The notes under the pieces were generated by a model that did not search any database, was not told where the DNA came from, and saw nothing but the letters and a program-made list of their open reading frames with translations. Positions 6,411 to 9,559 of a stretch of 9,559 bases of DNA are shown here, piece after piece. Positions within the stretch are counted from its first letter, which is position 1. Each line of letters starts with the position of its first letter. A program made the translations under genes and the position numbers. Source of the DNA: Nanobdellota archaeon (GTDB lineage: Archaea > Nanobdellota > Nanobdellia > Nanobdellales > Nanobdellaceae); the NCBI GenBank assembly GCA_020697515.1, contig JAIXNB010000031.1:1-9559 (forward strand), given 5' to 3'.

Positions 6411-7280
6411 TTAAGCTTTTATTAACCCTCTACTTTTTAATATCTCATATTTTTGCATTATCAATATATCTTCTGTAGTAATCTCCTCTCCACCCATAAT
6501 CTTTTCTTGCACCTTCTGATACTGCTCTAATACTGTTTGTAAATCTTCCTCCGAAACAGCTAATGTTTCTTCTTTCCTCTTTAATACTGTTACATACTTC
6601 TCCAGTAGAACCTTTATCTTTTCATTAAGTTGCTTGAATTCCTCTTTATACTTCTGAATATCTTCTCTAACTCTTTGAAGTTCTCCTTTCAATTTAATTA
6701 ACTCTTCTCGTATTTGCTTTATTTTCTCTTTAACTTGCTTTCGAGCCTCAATATTTTTTCGTATGTTATCTCGTATAATTGCTAATTTTGATCTATATGC
6801 ACCATATTCTACTTGCTTTTTCTCTAATTCCTCTATAACAACTGCAAGTTCCTCATACTTTCCTAATAGTTTTCTTAGTTGTTTTATTCTATTCCATATC
6901 TTCCTTTCTTGCATATAGCTTAATATTTCTGTCTGTAAAATATATTCAAGAGTCTCTAACTCTTTCTTAAGTTTATTAACATCAATATCTAATTTTTTAC
7001 TTTTTACCAAAGCTCTTTTTTTCTCTTTTAGTATCTTCAGTTCTTCTTTTATCCTATTCAATTGCTCTAACGTTTTTTGCCTTTCCTCCATCAAGACATC
7101 TATTTTCTTTGTGTACTGGTCTCTCTCATCTCTAAGTTTCTTCAATTCCTCACGTAATTCAATAATCTGATCTCGCAATAACTGTTTCTTCCTATATAAC
7201 TCTTCCTTAATTGAATTGATCTCGTTAAGTCTCCTTTTTGTTAAAAAAATTTCTCGGGCTAGCTTGCCTGCACTCTCCAC
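6411..7280 (-). CDS. Uncharacterised archaeal coiled-coil protein
   Basis: 289-aa ORF with a GTG start (cac at 7278-7280 on the + strand). An in-frame stop two codons upstream leaves no ATG option. The sequence is almost entirely heptad-like and rich in K/E/R/L/I/Q, interrupted by a central LEYILQTEILSYMQERKIWNRI segment. Amino-acid usage matches the neighbouring genes. A TATA-like box at 7301-7310 is centred about 26 nt upstream of the GTG. Confidence 0.8.
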   Translation of the reverse strand: MESAGKLAREIFLTKRRLNEINSIKEELYRKKQLLRDQIIELREELKKLRDERDQYTKKIDVLMEERQKTLEQLNRIKEELKILKEKKRALVKSKKLDIDVNKLKKELETLEYILQTEILSYMQERKIWNRIKQLRKLLGKYEELAVVIEELEKKQVEYGAYRSKLAIIRDNIRKNIEARKQVKEKIKQIREELIKLKGELQRVREDIQKYKEEFKQLNEKIKVLLEKYVTVLKRKEETLAVSEEDLQTVLEQYQKVQEKIMGGEEITTEDILIMQKYEILKSRGLIKA

Positions 7281-7300
7281 TTCCTATTATTGTGTATTAT

Positions 7301-7310
7301 TATTTATAAA
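7301..7310 (-). promoter_or_regulatory. TATA-like box of the coiled-coil gene
   Basis: The - strand reads TTTATAAATA, centred about 26 nt upstream of GTG 7280. No oligo-T separates this gene from rpl12, so read-through from rpl12 is also possible. Confidence 0.4.
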
Positions 7311-7316
7311 TTTTGG

Positions 7317-7637
7317 CTAGAACCCAAATAGGGTTCCTAATCCCTCTAGTGCTTGTTCTTCCTTTTTCTCTTCTTCCTCTGATTTTTCTTCTTTCTTCTC
7401 TTCTTGTGCTTGAGCTTGCACAGGAGCAGCTGTAGCTACAGGAGCAGCAGGTACTGCTAATGCCTCTTCTTTTATTTTTTCAAGATCTACGCCTTCTAAA
7501 GAAGATACAACAGCATTTAACATAGCTTCATTAACCTGTACACCTACGCTCTCCAAAACTTTCCTTATGTTATCAGCGTTGATCTCTTTGCCGGCTTCAT
7601 GCAGCAACAATACAGCATAAAGGTATTCCATACCCAT
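7317..7637 (-). CDS. rpl12: 50S ribosomal stalk protein P1 (archaeal L12)
   Basis: 106 aa. It has the MEYLYAVLLLHEAGKEI N-terminus, an Ala/Pro/Val hinge, and an acidic EEKKEEKSEEEEKKEE tail ending GLGTLFGF, which is the hallmark of P1/P2-type stalk proteins. Two candidate starts exist: ATG 7637 (MGMEY...) and ATG 7631 (MEY...). The TATA box favours 7637. The conserved family N-terminus favours 7631. Confidence 0.93.
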   Translation of the reverse strand: MGMEYLYAVLLLHEAGKEINADNIRKVLESVGVQVNEAMLNAVVSSLEGVDLEKIKEEALAVPAAPVATAAPVQAQAQEEKKEEKSEEEEKKEEQALEGLGTLFGF

Positions 7638-7659
7638 TCCTAATTTAGAACAAGAATAA

Positions 7660-7667
7660 TTTTAAAA
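7660..7667 (-). promoter_or_regulatory. TATA-like box of rpl12 (P1)
   Basis: TTTTAAAA is centred about 26-27 nt upstream of ATG 7637. Confidence 0.5.
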
Positions 7668-7799
7668 GGTTATGCAATTTTTATTGGTTGAGATCTATAT
7701 GTACTATTTATCTTTGGCAATTACTCTAATATAATTCCGTACTGCTAGCAATTATATAGTATTTATTAGTGATTCTTTTAACCAACTCTTTAGAAATAC

Positions 7800-7805
7800 A
7801 AAAAA
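7800..7805 (-). terminator. Oligo-T terminator candidate after dnaG
   Basis: An A6 run on the + strand gives T6 on the - strand 8 nt after the dnaG stop. Confidence 0.4.
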
Positions 7806-7813
7806 TAAGAAGT

Positions 7814-8998
7814 TTACTTAATCCTATCTAGATCTTTTATAGTGTATATTTTTATCTTGTCATGATTCTTCTGAACAGTGTCTAGACATATAACATATCT
7901 TATTGGTGTTTTTTCCATCGTTTCTAGTAATTCTCTTGTCAGAATACCATCCATTACCAGAGCAAAAACACGAGTATTTTTAATAACATCCCCTACCTTG
8001 TCTACAGGAACTTTATTAACTATATTGAGGTTCTCATCTAACAACACTGCCTGCTCTGTCTTAAATATTTTCTCCATAATCTGTTTCAACTTGCTTAGTA
8101 TGGGATCATTTATCATTTTACTTTCCCTAATTTTTCTTAGTTCTTCGATATCATCCTCCAACTTCTCATAATAATGTTTTACTTGATCGAAGGGTATTTT
8201 ATTCTTTAATGTTTTTATTATTTCCTTCCTAGATAATTCTTCAACTTCTCTTCCGGGTTCAGGTCTTGCTACAAAATCTATATCAACACCATTTAGATAT
8301 AATTCTTTTATAAGTAAATCCCCTGCTCTATCACCATCGAAGAATACAGTAGTTATTTTCTTTTTTGATAAATCAATTATGGTTTTTGGTACATTTAGAC
8401 CGTTTAATGCAATAACGTTAGTAATTCCATATTTCAATAAATTTAAAACATCTGCACGTCCTTCCACTACAATTATCTCTTCAGATCTTGCAACGTCTGG
8501 TCCAGCTGGTAATCTCTCAGGACCATAGCTTGTTAGAGTTCTCATCCTATGAGAATACTCCAAAAATGTAACAAGTTCTTTCGTGTCGGGTAACTCTTCA
8601 TTTATCAAGTTTTTCAGTAGATCTTTAGCCCGCTCTAGTATGTATTGTACTTTCACTTTTCTAACATTCTCTATTTTTTTGACTTTAACTACTGCATGAG
8701 CAGGACCAACCCTATTTATAGTCTCTAACGCAGCTGCTATTAATGAGGTTTCAAACCTATTTAAGCTAGTAGGGATTATTATTTCACCATATGTTCTTCT
8801 ACCTTCCCTATTCACTGTAACTTCGATCCTTCCTATTTTACCAGATCTCTGTAGCTCTCTTAGATCCAAATCTTCTCCAAGCAAGCCCTCAGTTTGCCCA
8901 AACACTGCTCCAATTACATCAGGTCTCTCCACAACACCATCAACGTGATATTCAGCATAAATCATATATTTAATATAAGGAGGTGCTGCCTTCGCCAT
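7814..8998 (-). CDS. dnaG: Archaeal DnaG-like primase / exosome-associated Toprim protein
   Basis: 394 aa. The N-terminal block VERPDVIGAVFGQTEGLLGEDLDLRELQRSGKIGRI is characteristic of archaeal DnaG. The Toprim motifs IVVEGRADVLNL and VFFDGDRAGD are both present. Confidence 0.9.
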   Translation of the reverse strand: MAKAAPPYIKYMIYAEYHVDGVVERPDVIGAVFGQTEGLLGEDLDLRELQRSGKIGRIEVTVNREGRRTYGEIIIPTSLNRFETSLIAAALETINRVGPAHAVVKVKKIENVRKVKVQYILERAKDLLKNLINEELPDTKELVTFLEYSHRMRTLTSYGPERLPAGPDVARSEEIIVVEGRADVLNLLKYGITNVIALNGLNVPKTIIDLSKKKITTVFFDGDRAGDLLIKELYLNGVDIDFVARPEPGREVEELSRKEIIKTLKNKIPFDQVKHYYEKLEDDIEELRKIRESKMINDPILSKLKQIMEKIFKTEQAVLLDENLNIVNKVPVDKVGDVIKNTRVFALVMDGILTRELLETMEKTPIRYVICLDTVQKNHDKIKIYTIKDLDRIK

Positions 8999-9230
8999 AG
9001 TCTTTCTATGTTCAGATAAGTTAACAACTTTTCTTTATTACCGAACTATTAGATACTTACTCTCTCATACCCCCCCTTAAGAAAGTGGACTTCCTATCTG
9101 GGTCTAAAGGGATCATCAGCTCGGTTAGCTTTAGGAGATAAGGTTAGAGAGATTCTCTATTTGTTATTTCTATCTTATTAAGATATCTAAACACCCCTCA
9201 TTCCTGTCTTAAAAAGAGTATGGCTTTCAG

Positions 9231-9302
9231 TTATGAAGTTACTATAGTAGATATCCATGCACGTAGTACTAAAATGATGGTAAGGATATTAAAATACCAC
9301 AT
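9231..9302 (-). CDS. Candidate 23-codon hydrophobic small ORF (MWYFNILTIILVLRAWISTIVTS)
   Basis: Not in the supplied track because it is too short. The ATG at 9302-9300 is preceded, after a 9-nt spacer, by GGAGGTGATC, a perfect 10-nt complement to the 16S rRNA 3' tail. A TATA-like ATTTATAT lies upstream at 9351-9358. A T5 run (+ strand A5, 9211-9215) lies 16 nt after the stop. There is no homology evidence, so this is speculative. Confidence 0.25.
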   Translation of the reverse strand: MWYFNILTIILVLRAWISTIVTS

Positions 9303-9311
9303 ATGTATGAT

Positions 9312-9321
9312 GATCACCTCC
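9312..9321 (-). promoter_or_regulatory. Shine-Dalgarno-like element GGAGGTGATC
   Basis: The + strand reads GATCACCTCC and the - strand reads GGAGGTGATC. This fully complements the conserved ...GAUCACCUCC... 3' end of 16S rRNA. None of the larger genes in the window has a comparable element. Confidence 0.4.
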
Positions 9322-9360
9322 TTTCTTAAGTTGTATTCTAAATATTGTTCATATAAATCT

Positions 9361-9368
9361 ATTAATAA
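9361..9368 (+). promoter_or_regulatory. TATA-like box of taw3
   Basis: ATTAATAA is centred about 28 nt upstream of ATG 9393. Confidence 0.4.
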
Positions 9369-9392
9369 CCCTTTCTTTTCTATTTATAACTA

Positions 9393-9559
9393 ATGGGTAT
9401 TTGCTTTTATAAGTTAAAAGAACACCATATGCGGAAACTGAAAGAAGCTCTGATGAGAAGAGAGGTAGATGATCCAATATTAGAATTGTTAAATTTGATA
9501 AACTCTCTTGATTCTTATTTTACAACATCTTCCTGTGCAGGTAGGATTGCTCTAATGAA
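9393..9559 (+). CDS. taw3: tRNA wyosine-derivative methyltransferase Taw3/TYW3, N-terminal fragment (continues past the window end)
   Basis: I translated this by hand: MGICFYKLKEHHMRKLKEALMRREVDDPILELLNLINSLDSYFTTSSCAGRIALM... The block YFTTSSCAGRI is the TYW3 family signature. The upstream F-x-K-x-K and VDD..LELL..IN also align to TYW3 N-termini as I remember them. ATG 9393 is preferred over ATG 9429 because it includes the conserved F/K block. TATA-like ATTAATAA (9361-9368) is also centred about 26 nt upstream of it. Confidence 0.75.
   Translation, partial: MGICFYKLKEHHMRKLKEALMRREVDDPILELLNLINSLDSYFTTSSCAGRIALM

Noticed and set aside
7320-7410. Low-complexity GAA/AAG-rich repeat at the 3' end of rpl12
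   Set aside because: It encodes the normal acidic EEKKEE tail of stalk protein P1. It is not an independent tandem-repeat element.
7743-7750. Short palindromes in the dnaG/rpl12 spacer (TGCTAGCA at 7743-7750; an AGATCT also occurs further upstream in the same spacer)
   Set aside because: They are 6-8 bp restriction-site-like palindromes with no extended arms. These are expected by chance.
7878-8171. ORF 7878..8171 (+) inside dnaG
   Set aside because: It lies antisense to the DnaG CDS and translates to a low-complexity Ser/Ile/Leu/Phe-rich sequence. It is a shadow ORF.
9070-9076. C7/G7 homopolymer as a phase-variation tract
   Set aside because: It is non-coding and lies about 70 nt upstream of dnaG, outside the predicted TATA-to-start interval. 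A 7-mer is short, and there is no evidence of length variation from a single sequence.
9012-9119. C/D-box sRNA on the - strand (CTGATGA at 9119-9113, CAGA 12 nt later, CTGA at 9015-9012)
   Set aside because: The C-to-D distance is about 100 nt and the D'-to-C' gap about 28 nt, both far outside archaeal C/D sRNA geometry. There is no terminal stem, and the D box would lie in the dnaG leader.
9284-9313. C/D-box sRNA on the + strand (ATGATGG at 9284-9290, ATGATGA at 9307-9313)
   Set aside because: There is no CTGA D or D' box at the required spacing of about 12 nt, and none within 70 nt downstream. The second box is simply part of the spacer and SD region of the - strand mini-gene.
9311-9325. 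Fragment of the 16S rRNA 3' end (+ strand TGATCACCTCCTTTC)
   Set aside because: Only about 11-12 nt match. The preceding sequence bears no resemblance to the conserved 16S helix 45 region. It is better explained as an SD element on the opposite strand.
9220-9393. 57-codon + strand ORF (MAFSYEVTIVDIH...SIYN) whose TAA overlaps the taw3 ATG (TAATG)
   Set aside because: The stop/start overlap is tempting as translational coupling. However, the ORF contains the predicted taw3 TATA box and has no TATA-like box about 26 nt upstream of its own ATG. Its Ser/Tyr/Ile/Cys-rich composition is unlike the neighbouring proteins, and I recognise no motifs in it. It also overlaps the better-supported - strand mini-gene.
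9429-9431. ATG 9429 as the taw3 start
   Set aside because: It is still possible. ATG 9393 adds the F-x-K-x-K block that aligns with TYW3 N-termini and sits at the leaderless offset from ATTAATAA (9361-9368). The TTTTATAA at 9405-9412 is too close to 9429.
1-9559. CRISPR array, IS element, integrase, defence island or toxin-antitoxin operon
   Set aside because: There are no direct repeats with regular spacing and no terminal inverted repeats flanking an ORF. Every long ORF has a clear housekeeping identity, except the coiled-coil protein, which shows no enzymatic motifs.

Overview
This is an AT-rich archaeal chromosomal segment packed with core translation and replication genes. In order: class I lysyl-tRNA synthetase (+), a two-domain ThyX-family protein (+), archaeal-type alanyl-tRNA synthetase (-), an uncharacterised coiled-coil protein (-), ribosomal stalk protein P1/L12 (-), archaeal DnaG/Toprim protein (-), and the 5' end of taw3/TYW3 (+, runs off the window). 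Six of the seven genes have a TATA-like box centred about 26-27 nt upstream of the start codon, which indicates leaderless mRNAs as in crenarchaeote-like and some DPANN archaea. Most also have an oligo-T tract just past the stop. I found no rRNA or tRNA gene, CRISPR array, transposase, integrase or recognisable defence or toxin gene. My honest reading is that this is mostly ordinary core genome with no obvious novel multi-gene system. The items most worth a second look: (1) the tandem ThyX protein, whose two halves keep complementary parts of the catalytic signature and which carries a C-terminal Cys triad; (2) four TGTCGT half-sites forming GC-rich palindromes against the lysK TATA box; (3) a self-contained mini-gene (TATA, perfect 10-nt Shine-Dalgarno, 23-codon hydrophobic ORF, T5) in the oversized dnaG/taw3 spacer; (4) a 30-nt palindrome covering the alaS TATA box; (5) the coiled-coil gene between the stalk gene and alaS.
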